From NCBI GenBank assembly GCA_963734545.1, contig CAVTHO010000005.1, positions 544,001-608,000 on the forward strand: a stretch of 64,000 nucleotides of DNA, read 5' to 3'. Below, piece after piece: positions 22,416 through 31,483 of the stretch. Made by a program: the position numbers and the translations under genes. Each line of letters opens with the position of its first letter. The first letter of the stretch is position 1. Source of the stretch: an uncultured Spirochaetota bacterium. GTDB taxonomy: Bacteria; Spirochaetota; Spirochaetia; SZUA-6; Fen-1364. The notes under the pieces are model-generated. The model did no database searches. It was not told where the DNA came from and worked only from the letters and a program-made list of their open reading frames with translations.

Positions 22416-23204
22416 CTACTTCTGATTATACTCGAAGAACCACTTTGTCGTGAGCTTGTCCAGGGTGCCGTCGTCCTTCAGGGCCTGTATGGCGGCATTG
22501 AACGGCGCCGCGAGGTCCGACCCTGTCTTGAAGATGAATCCATAGTTGTCCGTGCCCAGGGGATCACCCACGATCTTGAGCTTGTCGGGATTGGCGCCGA
22601 CGTAGCCCCTGCTGGAGGCCGCGTCCATCAGGACACAGTCCACGTCGCCGGCGAGGAGCGCCTGCACCGTCGCGCCAAAGGTCTCCAGCAGCTTGATGCG
22701 GGGATTGTCCTCTTTGCCGTCAAGGACGTTGTAGACCGCCACGTAGAAGTTGGTCGTGCCGGCCTGGGATCCGATGAGGAGCTTCGGATTGGCGGCGAAC
22801 TCCGCCGCGTTCTTGAACCTCGTCTCGTCCCTTCGCACCAGCATGAACTGCTGGCTCACCATGTAGGAATCGGAGAAGTCGACCTGTTTCTTGCGTTCGT
22901 CGGTGATGGAAATCCCGTCCATGCCCACGTCATACTGCCCGTCCCGGACCGCCTGGATCATCGTGTCCCACGAGCAGATGTTCCACACGATCTTCGCGTT
23001 CAGCCGCTTGCCGATCTCGTTGACAGCGTCATATTCCCAGCCCCCTGCCTTGCCGGTCTTGGGATCCACGAAGTTCAGCGGCGTAAATGCATTTTCGGTA
23101 ACCGCGCGGATCACGCGGCCCTTCAGGTCGGGGAGTTTCTTTGCCTGTCCGAACGCGGAAACGGCGAGAAACGCGATAAGCACCCCGCACACGATCTTTC
23201 TCAT
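22416..23204 (-). CDS. Polar amino acid ABC solute-binding protein (family 3)
   Basis: Signal peptide, GISITDERKKQVDFSDSY, LKDDGTLDKLTTKWF. Confidence 0.92.
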   Translation of the reverse strand: MRKIVCGVLIAFLAVSAFGQAKKLPDLKGRVIRAVTENAFTPLNFVDPKTGKAGGWEYDAVNEIGKRLNAKIVWNICSWDTMIQAVRDGQYDVGMDGISITDERKKQVDFSDSYMVSQQFMLVRRDETRFKNAAEFAANPKLLIGSQAGTTNFYVAVYNVLDGKEDNPRIKLLETFGATVQALLAGDVDCVLMDAASSRGYVGANPDKLKIVGDPLGTDNYGFIFKTGSDLAAPFNAAIQALKDDGTLDKLTTKWFFEYNQK

Positions 23205-23279
23205 GAGCTCCTCCTGTTCGGAAAATGGTACATAAATTCCCGGCAGCGTTCAAGCAAACGGGTGCCGCTCGCGGGAAAA

Positions 23280-23364
23280 GGGATGCGCTTCGCGCATAAG
23301 AAGGTGCGCGGGCGCACAAGAGGGGATGCGCTACGCGCAGAAGGCGGGATGCGCCGCCTGCGCA
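23280..23364. repeat. Array of four short TGCGC/GCGCA palindromes
   Basis: GGGATGCGC-TTC-GCGCA, GGTGCGC-GG-GCGCA, GGGATGCGC-TAC-GCGCA and GGGATGCGC-CGCCT-GCGCA at roughly 21-23 bp spacing. Confidence 0.65.
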
Positions 23365-23403
23365 ATGGTAGGCGATGACTGCGGGGATTCGTATCTTCTT
23401 TCC

Positions 23404-24031
23404 ATGATCGTCGACCTGCATGTCGAATCCTACATCGCCTCGCTTGACGGCCAGGCGGACCCGGTCTTTGCCGCCATGGAAACCCTGGCAGCAAGAAAGA
23501 GCTTTCCCATCATCGGGCGGCACGCGGGGTCGCTGCTGGCGCTTCTCGCGCGGTGCATGGGCGCGCGCCGCGTGCTCGAGCTCGGGTCGGGCTACGGCTA
23601 CTCCGCGCTGTGGTTCGCGCGCGCGCTGCCGGAGGACGGCACGGTGGCGTGCACCGATCTCTCCCGGGACAACCGGGACCTTGCGATGAACTTCTTCCGC
23701 ACCGCCGGGGTCGAGAAAAAGATCTCGTTCCACGTGGGTGACGCGCTCGCCTTTGCCCGGGGGCCAGCGGGGTCCTTTCGACATCATCCTCAACGATATC
23801 GACAAGGAATCCTATCCTGCCAGCGTGGAGGTGGCCGTGCCGCTCCTGAGGTCCGGCGGGCTTTTCATAACGGACAACACGCTCTGGAGCGGAAAGGTGG
23901 CGGACGAGAGCGTCTCCGACGCCGACACGAACGCGATCAGAGCCTTCAACAAGGCCGTATTCTCCCGCGGCGACCTCGAGTCGCTCATTGTTCCCATCAG
24001 GGACGGGCTGACAGTCTGCAGGAAGAAATGA
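23404..24031 (+). CDS. O-methyltransferase (Methyltransf_3), apparent +1 frameshift near 23760-23778
   Basis: RVLELGSGYGYSALW in the first frame; PFDIILNDIDKESY...ITDNTLWSG...IVPIRDGL in the second. Confidence 0.85.
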
Positions 24032-24768
24032 AGGCCGCGCGGGCCGGCGGCGAAACGGATGGGCAGGAGCGGATCGCGCGGGAGACGCTCCATGTTCTCC
24101 GCGCGGCGCCGAGCGGCTCGCTGCCTGTCGTCACCGTGAGCTGGGCCCGGTCGGTCACCGGCGCAATCGCGGCAGCCGACGGCGCGCGGACACCGCTGAG
24201 CGGTCCCGAGTCGCTCCGCCTTACCCACCGCCTGCGGGCGATGCACGACGCCATCCTGGTCGGGATTCAGACGGTGCTCTCCGACGATCCGCTTCTCTCG
24301 GTGCGTCTTGTCGAAGGCGCCCAGCCGCAGCCGGTGGTTCTCGATTCGAGGCTCCGTTTCCCTCCGGATGCGAGGCTGCTTTCCCGTACGGACAGGAAAC
24401 CCTGGATCTTTCATCTGGAAGGTGCCGAAACAGGGGCCCGCGGCCCGGGGCTGGTGCGCGGGGGGGCCCGGCTCTTCCCCGTGCCCCGCGGCAAGGGCGG
24501 TCTCGATCTTCGAAGCGTGCTCGCCGCGCTTCTTTCCGAGCGCATCCGCTCTCTCATGGTGGAAGGAGGGGCGCGCGTTCTCGATTCGTTCATTTCCCAG
24601 GGCCTCGCGTCTCAGGCGGTGATCACGGTGAGCCCGACGGTCATCGAGGGGATCCCGGGGCCCCGCATGCCGGAGACCCCGCACTCCCTGCGGGAACGCT
24701 GCGGCATCGACGAGGTGGTGTGGGTCGACTTCAGAGCGCGCAGTAGCGATCGATCCGCCCGCGGATGA
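24028..24768 (+). CDS. RibD C-terminal reductase-domain protein
   Basis: HRLRAMHDAILVGIQTVLSDDPLLSVR, VVLDSRLR, SLMVEGGA. Confidence 0.85.
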   Translation: MKAARAGGETDGQERIARETLHVLRAAPSGSLPVVTVSWARSVTGAIAAADGARTPLSGPESLRLTHRLRAMHDAILVGIQTVLSDDPLLSVRLVEGAQPQPVVLDSRLRFPPDARLLSRTDRKPWIFHLEGAETGARGPGLVRGGARLFPVPRGKGGLDLRSVLAALLSERIRSLMVEGGARVLDSFISQGLASQAVITVSPTVIEGIPGPRMPETPHSLRERCGIDEVVWVDFRARSSDRSARG

Positions 24769-26530
24769 TCTGGATCGAGTCATCCCAGAACGTGCGGCCG
24801 CGGATGTCGATGCCGAACCGCGCGGCCAGGTCCGCCGCGTTCGCCTCGCCGGTGGAGGCGAGCAGCTGCTGATAGGCCGGGACGAACTCCTGGCCCCTCT
24901 TTTTGTATACGGCGTACAGCCCGGTGCCGAACAGCAGCCCGAATGCATAGGGGAAATTGTAGAAATTGAGGTCCGCGAAGTAGTAGTGGGGCTTCCAGGT
25001 CCACATGTACCTGTGCCGGAAGCGCGCATCGAGACCGTCGCCATAGGCGGCTTCCTGCGCCCGGTCCATGATCTCGCACAGGTCGTCCGCCGAAAGCTCC
25101 GATCGTTCCCGGCGTTCCATGACTTCCCTCTCGAACAGGAACCGCGAGTAGATATCCACGATCACCTGCCCCTCGCCGATGAGGGAGTTTTCCAGCACGG
25201 CGAGCTCCTCCTGGGGCCCGCGCGCCCGGGCAAGGACCGCGTTATGCACGATGTTTTCGCACATGATCGAGGCGGTCTCCGCGAGGGTCATGGGCGTCAC
25301 CTGCTGCAGCTCCGTCTTGCCGGCTCGATAGGCGCATTCGTTGTGGAAGCCGTGGCCCAGCTCGTGCGCCACCGTGGAAACCTGGTCAAGGGAACCATCG
25401 AAGTTGCAGAGGATCCGCGATTCCTTCACCCGGGGTACGGCCGAGCAGAACGCGCCTCCCCGCTTGCCGTCGCGCGGCTGGGCGTCGATCCACCTGGCGT
25501 CGAACGCGCGCTGGGCAAAAGAGCGCAGGTCGGAGGAGAAGCCCGCGAAGTTCTCCAGGATGAACTCCCGGGCCTGCTGCCAGGTGAAGGCGCTTCCCTG
25601 CCTGCCGGTGGGGGCGCAGATGTCCCACCAGGCCAGGCTCTTCTTGCCCAGCCGCGCCGCCTTTGCCCTGAAGTAGCGGCGGAACTGGGGAAGGGAATCC
25701 TTCATGGAGTCCAGGAGCGCCTGCAGGGTAGGGCGATCGATGCGCGCCAGGTCGATGGGCGCGTGGAGGCAATCGGTGCGGCCGCGCCGCTTCTGCAGGG
25801 AAACCGCCGTGCCCTTGACGCCGTTCATGCACGCGGCGAGCGGCTCCTGCACCTTTTCCCATTCCCGCATCTCCGCCTCATACGCGCGCCGGCGCACGGA
25901 CTCTTCGGGGTGGGAGCGCAGGTTGATGAGCGCCGGCATGGGAAGCTTTCGCACGGCGCCGTCCAGATCGATCTCCACGTTGATCTGGGACGTCACGGTG
26001 CGCTGGAGCTTGCTCCACGCCTGCGCGCCCGCGAGGGAAAGCTCCGCGGCGAGCATCTCTTCCGGATCGCTCATGAGATACGCGCCCTGCGCGGCCGCCT
26101 CGTTCAGAATGAACGCGTGGTCCCGGGCCGGGCCTGCGTGCTCCAGCGCCCGGGGAAGCGCCTCCGCGACGCCGCGGATCCAGCCCTGGAAACGGGTCCA
26201 GTTCTGCTTCAGCCGGACCAGCATGATCTCCAGCTCGGACTGCTTCTTTGCCGCTGTCCGGTCATACGAGTCGGTCGCCACGAAAGAATCGACATAGACC
26301 TCGAGGGTCGTGGAGAGCAGGTACGCGCGGTTGAAGAGCTCGACCGCGCGGTCCAGGGCCGCGGCGAGTTTTTCCGGCAGGGCAGTCTTCGACACGGGAG
26401 CCAGGCTCCCCGCATGATGCCGTTCGATTTCTTCCAGAATCGTTGCGAGCGCGGCCAGGTCGGCGGCGAGCTCCGGGGAGGCGAGATCCGGATAGATGGT
26501 GCTCAAATCCCAACGGGGCAGAGTATCCAT
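24731..26530 (-). CDS. pepF: M3 family oligoendopeptidase F
   Basis: PRWDLS N-terminus, GKRGGAFC, zinc motif AHELGH, LAETAS, FYNFPYAFG. Confidence 0.92.
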   Translation of the reverse strand: MDTLPRWDLSTIYPDLASPELAADLAALATILEEIERHHAGSLAPVSKTALPEKLAAALDRAVELFNRAYLLSTTLEVYVDSFVATDSYDRTAAKKQSELEIMLVRLKQNWTRFQGWIRGVAEALPRALEHAGPARDHAFILNEAAAQGAYLMSDPEEMLAAELSLAGAQAWSKLQRTVTSQINVEIDLDGAVRKLPMPALINLRSHPEESVRRRAYEAEMREWEKVQEPLAACMNGVKGTAVSLQKRRGRTDCLHAPIDLARIDRPTLQALLDSMKDSLPQFRRYFRAKAARLGKKSLAWWDICAPTGRQGSAFTWQQAREFILENFAGFSSDLRSFAQRAFDARWIDAQPRDGKRGGAFCSAVPRVKESRILCNFDGSLDQVSTVAHELGHGFHNECAYRAGKTELQQVTPMTLAETASIMCENIVHNAVLARARGPQEELAVLENSLIGEGQVIVDIYSRFLFEREVMERRERSELSADDLCEIMDRAQEAAYGDGLDARFRHRYMWTWKPHYYFADLNFYNFPYAFGLLFGTGLYAVYKKRGQEFVPAYQQLLASTGEANAADLAARFGIDIRGRTFWDDSIQIIRGRIDRYCAL

Positions 26531-26539
26531 GTCGTGGTC

Positions 26540-26599
26540 ACGGCGATGCCGAATCCGCCGACTACGGCGATGCCCAATCCGCCGACTACGGCGACGCCG
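26540..26599. repeat. 24-bp tandem repeat, 2.5 copies
   Basis: ACGGCGATGCCSAATCCGCCGACT x2 (26540-26587) plus ACGGCGACGCCG. Confidence 0.85.
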
Positions 26600-27110
26600 T
26601 GTTCCTCCTCATGATGAAATCCGTCTGACGCTTCTTGCCCATGTAAAAGTCGTGTGTGCCGGCCTTGGCAAATCCCATCCTCGTGTAGAAGGCGATGGCG
26701 TTCCCGTTCTTCTTCCACACTCCCAGCCAGACGGCTTTCTTCTTTGAGAGCCTCGCGACTTCCATGGCTTTGTCGATCAGAGCCTTGCCGAGCCCCAGGC
26801 CCTGGAAATCCCTGATGACGTAGATCCGCTCGATCTCGAGCGCCTCGGGGTCCCGCAGGTCTGTCTGGGCGTCGCCCTGGTTGATCTTCATGTATCCGGC
26901 GAGCACGTCATCGTTGTAGAGGAAAAAGAACGTGGAGTGCGGGTTCTTCAGCTCTGTCTCGAGCCTTGCCCTGCTGAAGGAGGCGTCAAGATACTCATTG
27001 AAGCTGGACGCATCATTGAGACGACGAAAGGTATCGTCAAATGTCTGGAAGGCGATGTTCCGCAGCGCGTCCAGGTCGGCAAGCTCGCACCTGCGGATGC
27101 GCACACCCAT
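26586..27110 (-). CDS. GNAT N-acetyltransferase (PaiA/spermidine acetyltransferase-like)
   Basis: LEIERIYV, FQGLGLGKALI, VWLGVW..N..AIAFY..MGF. Confidence 0.88.
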   Translation of the reverse strand: MGVRIRRCELADLDALRNIAFQTFDDTFRRLNDASSFNEYLDASFSRARLETELKNPHSTFFFLYNDDVLAGYMKINQGDAQTDLRDPEALEIERIYVIRDFQGLGLGKALIDKAMEVARLSKKKAVWLGVWKKNGNAIAFYTRMGFAKAGTHDFYMGKKRQTDFIMRRNTASP

Positions 27111-27121
27111 GCCGTTCGACC

Positions 27122-27454
27122 TTACCGCAGGCCGTTTACCGATATCGCCACTTTGTGGTCCCTGACGATGACCAGGCACACACCATCCCTCGCGTCGTAG
27201 TATTCGAACGCCTGCTGCACGGCGTTGAATGGAAAGCTGCGTTTCACTGCCGATTCCGGGCTGACATAGGTTTCCCTCATCACCCCGTTTTCCACCCGCG
27301 CGATCACCGCGTGTTTTTCTCCGAGTGACTGGCTTTCCTCCAGGGTTTTCATGAGGATCTTGTCGGACATCACGGCGGTCGTGATCTGCCAGTCGAGGCT
27401 GCTTTCTTCCTGCGACATTTCCTGATAGATCAGCTTTTCCGTCGGCTCTTCCAT
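27122..27454 (-). CDS. Hypothetical protein, about 110 aa
   Basis: MEEPTEKLIY... ORF with normal composition, co-oriented in the gene run. Confidence 0.6.
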   Translation of the reverse strand: MEEPTEKLIYQEMSQEESSLDWQITTAVMSDKILMKTLEESQSLGEKHAVIARVENGVMRETYVSPESAVKRSFPFNAVQQAFEYYDARDGVCLVIVRDHKVAISVNGLR

Positions 27455-27544
27455 GTCGTCTTTGCGCGGCAGGTGCAGTGACCCCGATCCGCGCGCGAAG
27501 CCATAGTAGCCGTCATGACCGTCCTGTGTCAACGAATCGGCTCC

Positions 27545-28534
27545 TCACGCGCCGGGAGGGAGGCCGAACCTGCGGAAAAGGCGGTCGTCGGAAACGAGAA
27601 AGCTGTGCACTTCCGCGATCAGGTCTTCGGCGAGCACGAGCACGTGCAGCGAGGCGGGACGGAAGAGGCCTCCGTCGCCGCGCCGGTACAGACCGAAGGC
27701 CGGGCAGCCGTTGGCGCTCGTTGCCGCCAGGCGGAAACTGCCCCGCGCGTCACCGGAGAAGAGCCTTTCCCCCAAGAACTGACGAATCGCGCTCCGCCCG
27801 CGGAACCAGAGCGGCATCGGCGGCATGGTCATGGACGCGTCCTCCTGCAGGAGCGCCACGAGCGAGTCGGCATCCGCCGCCTCCCACGCCTGCACGTAGC
27901 GGGTCAACAGGGAGGCGCGCGCCGCATCCGCGGGCACCTTACGGCCTGACCCCGGCTGCGCGCCCAGCTTTTTCATGGCGGCGCGGGCACGCTGGAGAGA
28001 GCTGGTCACCGAGGCCGCGCTCGTCTCGAGGATGTCCGCGGTCTCCCGTGCGCTCCATCCGAGGACGTCGCACAGGAGCAGGACCGCGCGCTGTCGGCCG
28101 GGCAGGAGCTGGAGCGCGGTGAGGAACGCCAGGGTCACGCTCTCCCGGATTTCGTAGCGCGTTTCCGGGCTCAGTCCGGGCCGTTCGTCGACGAGCGCGT
28201 CCGGCAGCGGCTCGAGCCAGGGTGATTCCTGCGCCGGCTGCGGGAAAGGGTCCAGAGGGCTGCCCGGCGCATGGGTTGCCGTGGGCAGGGACCGCCTCCG
28301 CCGCTTTGCCAGCGCGTCCAGGGATACATTGGTGGCGATCCTGTAGAGCCAGGCACGGAGCGTGGATCTGCCCTCGAAAGTGTCGAGACTGCGCCAGGCG
28401 CGCAGGAATGTTTCCTGCACCATGTCTTCCGCGTCCTCGATGGAACCGAGCATCCGGTAGCAGTGCACCAGCAGCTCCCGCTCATGGCGGGCGGCGAGGC
28501 CGTGGAAGGTGTCCCTGTCAGGAGAGATCGACAT
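27545..28534 (-). CDS. ECF sigma-70 factor with SnoaL-like C-terminal extension (SigG-like)
   Basis: HCYRMLGSIEDAEDMVQETFLRAW, WLEPLPD, LPGRQRAVLLL, MPPMPLWFRG, ANGCPAF. Confidence 0.9.
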   Translation of the reverse strand: MSISPDRDTFHGLAARHERELLVHCYRMLGSIEDAEDMVQETFLRAWRSLDTFEGRSTLRAWLYRIATNVSLDALAKRRRRSLPTATHAPGSPLDPFPQPAQESPWLEPLPDALVDERPGLSPETRYEIRESVTLAFLTALQLLPGRQRAVLLLCDVLGWSARETADILETSAASVTSSLQRARAAMKKLGAQPGSGRKVPADAARASLLTRYVQAWEAADADSLVALLQEDASMTMPPMPLWFRGRSAIRQFLGERLFSGDARGSFRLAATSANGCPAFGLYRRGDGGLFRPASLHVLVLAEDLIAEVHSFLVSDDRLFRRFGLPPGA

Positions 28535-28991
28535 TTCGTCCCAGGTATTCCGAGTAGTCCCGCGCAGCGGGGGTGTATTCCTCCCCCAGCATGTGGGAGG
28601 AGATGACGAAATCAGCCGTCGACCTGTTGCATGCGGTGGGAATGTTGTACAGGACCGAGATCCTCAGGAGCGCCCGGACATCCACGTCGTGCGGATGCGG
28701 CTGCATCGGATCCCAGAAGAATATAAGAATGTCGATCTTGCCGTCGGCGATCATCGCGCCGAGCTGCTGGTCACCGCCGAATGGCCCGGACTTCAGCTTG
28801 ACCATCTCGTACCGCGGCTGATGCTCCGCATCAATCTGCTTTGCCAGGGCCTCTTCCACGAGCCTCCCCGTGGTTCCCGTGCAGACCAGCTGGTGGTCCA
28901 GGAGCACGTTCCAGTTCCAGCTTACCCATTCCACCATGTCCTTCTTGCAGTTGTCGTGCGCAACGAGCGCAATACGTTTTCTGACGACCAT
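28518..28991 (-). CDS. mgsA: Methylglyoxal synthase
   Basis: IALVAHD, TGTTG, SGPFGGDQQLG, FFWDP, PHDVDV, ACNRSTADF. Confidence 0.95.
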   Translation of the reverse strand: MVVRKRIALVAHDNCKKDMVEWVSWNWNVLLDHQLVCTGTTGRLVEEALAKQIDAEHQPRYEMVKLKSGPFGGDQQLGAMIADGKIDILIFFWDPMQPHPHDVDVRALLRISVLYNIPTACNRSTADFVISSHMLGEEYTPAARDYSEYLGRNVDLS

Positions 28992-29168
28992 GATTCCTCG
29001 ATTCTCCCCCAGAATATAATGGCGGGCGGTTGATCCGCCCATTGCCGGTGGCGTGCCGGCTTGTTCGACTCCCCCTTCCGCAACTATAGGCGAACGCCCT
29101 GCACGGGGAAAGTCCGTCTTCTCCCGCGGCCGGCACGGGACCGCGCGATGGTGTATAGTGGAATCACG

Positions 29169-29705
29169 ATGAATCCCCGGCTGAAAGAGATCGTCGACGA
29201 GATCGAAGCTGCCCGGTCGGAGATTGTCCGCATCATGTCTGATCTGGACGAGGCGGCGACAGCCAGGCGCGCCGATCCCGGCCAGTGGTCGATCGGCGAA
29301 ATCCTCCACCACCTGTTTCTCATCGAGAGTCAGGTGACGACCCTGCTGGAAAGGCAGATCAGGCGGGCAAAGGATCGGGGCATCGGTGCCGACCCGGGCA
29401 CCGAGTCGCTGATCCACAGTCTCGATCGTTTCTCGATAGAAACGGCGCCTGACAAGATCAAGGCGCCGCAATCGGTCGTTCCCGCGCAGGGCGTGAGCAG
29501 GAGCGAGCTGCTTGCCCTGCTCGCCGCGTCCCGCGCGAAGCTCCGGGAGGCGATCAAAGAGGCGGAGGGCATCGATCTCAGCCAGATGCAATTCCCGCAT
29601 CCCGTGTTCGGCCGGATCGACATGTATCAATGGATACTCTACGTGGGCAAGCACGAAAGAAGACACATCGCCCAGATTACGCGCGCAAAAGGGGCATCAT
29701 GCTGA
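29169..29705 (+). CDS. DinB family protein
   Basis: WSIGEILHHL, HPVFG, HERRH. Confidence 0.88.
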   Translation: MNPRLKEIVDEIEAARSEIVRIMSDLDEAATARRADPGQWSIGEILHHLFLIESQVTTLLERQIRRAKDRGIGADPGTESLIHSLDRFSIETAPDKIKAPQSVVPAQGVSRSELLALLAASRAKLREAIKEAEGIDLSQMQFPHPVFGRIDMYQWILYVGKHERRHIAQITRAKGASC

Positions 29706-30484
29706 TCCGAAACGAGAAGGAGTTCCCCTTCGGCTACACTCCCATCACTGAATCACAAGGGCGCCACGCCAAGACACTCATGGATTTTGGTATCCTCAGG
29801 CTGCCCGAAGGCGCCGCGCACCATTTTGCCGCCGGGAAAGAGAGAGCACTGCTTCTCCTTCAGGGAAGTCTGGACGTAGTCGCGGGGCAGGTGAAGAAGA
29901 GGATCGTGCGGGAATCACTTTTCGACCAGGCGCCCTGGTGCCTGCATCTTTCCGCTGACGCGGAGGCCACCGTGACCGCAACCGGGAGGGAGGCGGAGAT
30001 CTCCGTGCACGCAACGGAAAACCCGCGCGGCTTTCCGGTGAAGCTCTACAGCCCTGAAGAGTGCAGGAGCGAAGAGCGGGGCAAGGGTACCATGCGGGAG
30101 ACCTCGACCCGGATCGTGCGCACGATCATCGAGGATCCCCGGGCCCCCTGGTCCAATCTCGTCCTGGGTGAAGTAATCACCTACCCCGGGAAATGGTCCA
30201 GCTACCCGCCGCATCATCACCCGCAGCCTGAGATATATCACTACCGATTCATGCCTCCCGGGGGATTCGGGTTTGCCGCCATCGGCGACGAGGGCTGCGT
30301 GGTGCGCAACCGGGATACCGTGCTTATCCCTCCCCATGCGGTGCATCCCCAGGCAGCCGCGCCCGGCTACGCGATGTTCTACATCTGGGTGATTCGCCAC
30401 CTGGACGGGGACCGCTACGGCGTGCCGACTTTTGTTCCCGAGCACTCCTGGGTCACGGATCCCGCGGCAAAGATCTGGCCGTAG
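29699..30484 (+). CDS. iolB: 5-deoxy-glucuronate isomerase
   Basis: LVLGEVITYPGKWSSYPPHHH, EIYHYRF, HPQAAAPGYAMFYIW. Confidence 0.9.
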   Translation: MLIRNEKEFPFGYTPITESQGRHAKTLMDFGILRLPEGAAHHFAAGKERALLLLQGSLDVVAGQVKKRIVRESLFDQAPWCLHLSADAEATVTATGREAEISVHATENPRGFPVKLYSPEECRSEERGKGTMRETSTRIVRTIIEDPRAPWSNLVLGEVITYPGKWSSYPPHHHPQPEIYHYRFMPPGGFGFAAIGDEGCVVRNRDTVLIPPHAVHPQAAAPGYAMFYIWVIRHLDGDRYGVPTFVPEHSWVTDPAAKIWP

Positions 30485-30512
30485 CACGCCGAAGGCGCGC
30501 AGAGGGCGAGCG

Positions 30513-30539
30513 AGTCCATGGACGGACGAAAGCGAGCCC
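30513..30539 (-). repeat. REP-like element copy
   Basis: Reverse complement GGGCTCGCTTTCGTCCGTCCATGGACT matches both ends of the 11251-11307 element. Confidence 0.55.
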
Positions 30540-30606
30540 TCGCGGCGGCTCGCTGGCTCAAATCGGCGCGGGAATATATGATGAGCACTACACGAGGGGG
30601 TCGGTC

Positions 30607-31443
30607 ATGATCGAGCAGGGACGCTTTGCTCTCAACAGGATTACCTGTCCGTCACTGGGATTGGAGGATTTCTTCCGGTTTTCGGCGGACCTCGGCCTGA
30701 AAAAAGTCGAGCTGCGAAACGACCTGGCCGGCCGGGATGTCATTGACGGCCTTCCCCCCTCCCAGGCAGCCGCTCTGGCGGAACGCCACGGCATCCGGAT
30801 CATCAGCATCAACGCGCTGCAAAAGTTCAACCTGAAAGCGGTCCGGGCCCGGGCGATGGAAGAGCTTGGACAGCTTCTCGACCTGGCCGCTGCCATCCGA
30901 TGCCCGGCCATTGTGCTCTGCCCCAACAACGACACCAAAGACGGAAGGGAAGCGGCCACGCGCGTGGCGGAAACGATCGAGGCGCTGCGGGCTTTCGGCC
31001 CCTTGTTCACGAAACGGGGCATGCAGGGATACGTGGAGCCGCTCGGGTTTCCGGAGTCTTCCCTTTCATCAATCCTCGTGGCGGTTGAAGCGGCGAAGAG
31101 CTCGGGATTCTCCTGCTATCGCGCCCTCTACGATACCTTTCACCATTTCCTGGGACCTGACACGGAAACGGACATCGGCTCACTCTACGATGTGGCCCGC
31201 ACCGGGCTCATCCATGTTTCAGGCGTCGAATCCGGGATCGCGAAGGAAATGTACCGGGATGAGCACCGCGTCCTTCCGTCAGCGGCGGATCGGACAGCCA
31301 GCAGGGAGCAGATCGAGCGGCATGTGGCCCTGGGGTACCAAGGTGACATCTCGCTGGAGCCCTTCTCGCCGGCCGTGCAGTCTCTGCCGCCGAAGGAGCT
31401 GGCTGCTGCAGTGAAACGGAGCGTGGAGTACCTGCGGAGCTAG
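30607..31443 (+). CDS. iolI: TIM-barrel sugar isomerase, 2-keto-myo-inositol isomerase-like
   Basis: FALNR, VELRND, SINALQKFN, VEPLGF, DTFHH, HVSGV, DEHRVL; iol context. Confidence 0.75.
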   Translation: MIEQGRFALNRITCPSLGLEDFFRFSADLGLKKVELRNDLAGRDVIDGLPPSQAAALAERHGIRIISINALQKFNLKAVRARAMEELGQLLDLAAAIRCPAIVLCPNNDTKDGREAATRVAETIEALRAFGPLFTKRGMQGYVEPLGFPESSLSSILVAVEAAKSSGFSCYRALYDTFHHFLGPDTETDIGSLYDVARTGLIHVSGVESGIAKEMYRDEHRVLPSAADRTASREQIERHVALGYQGDISLEPFSPAVQSLPPKELAAAVKRSVEYLRS

Positions 31444-31483
31444 CACGACCCGGGCGCCGCTTCTGCACGGCTTTCAGCCGTGC

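Noticed and set aside
23254-23267. AGCAAACGGGTGCC as a third IolR operator
   Set aside because: Four mismatches to the palindrome and unrelated gene context.
23326-24768. Apparent O-methyltransferase-RibD fusion of 480 aa
   Set aside because: Produced by the +1 shift; the methyltransferase C-terminus is in another frame and RibD-C has its own ATG at 24028.
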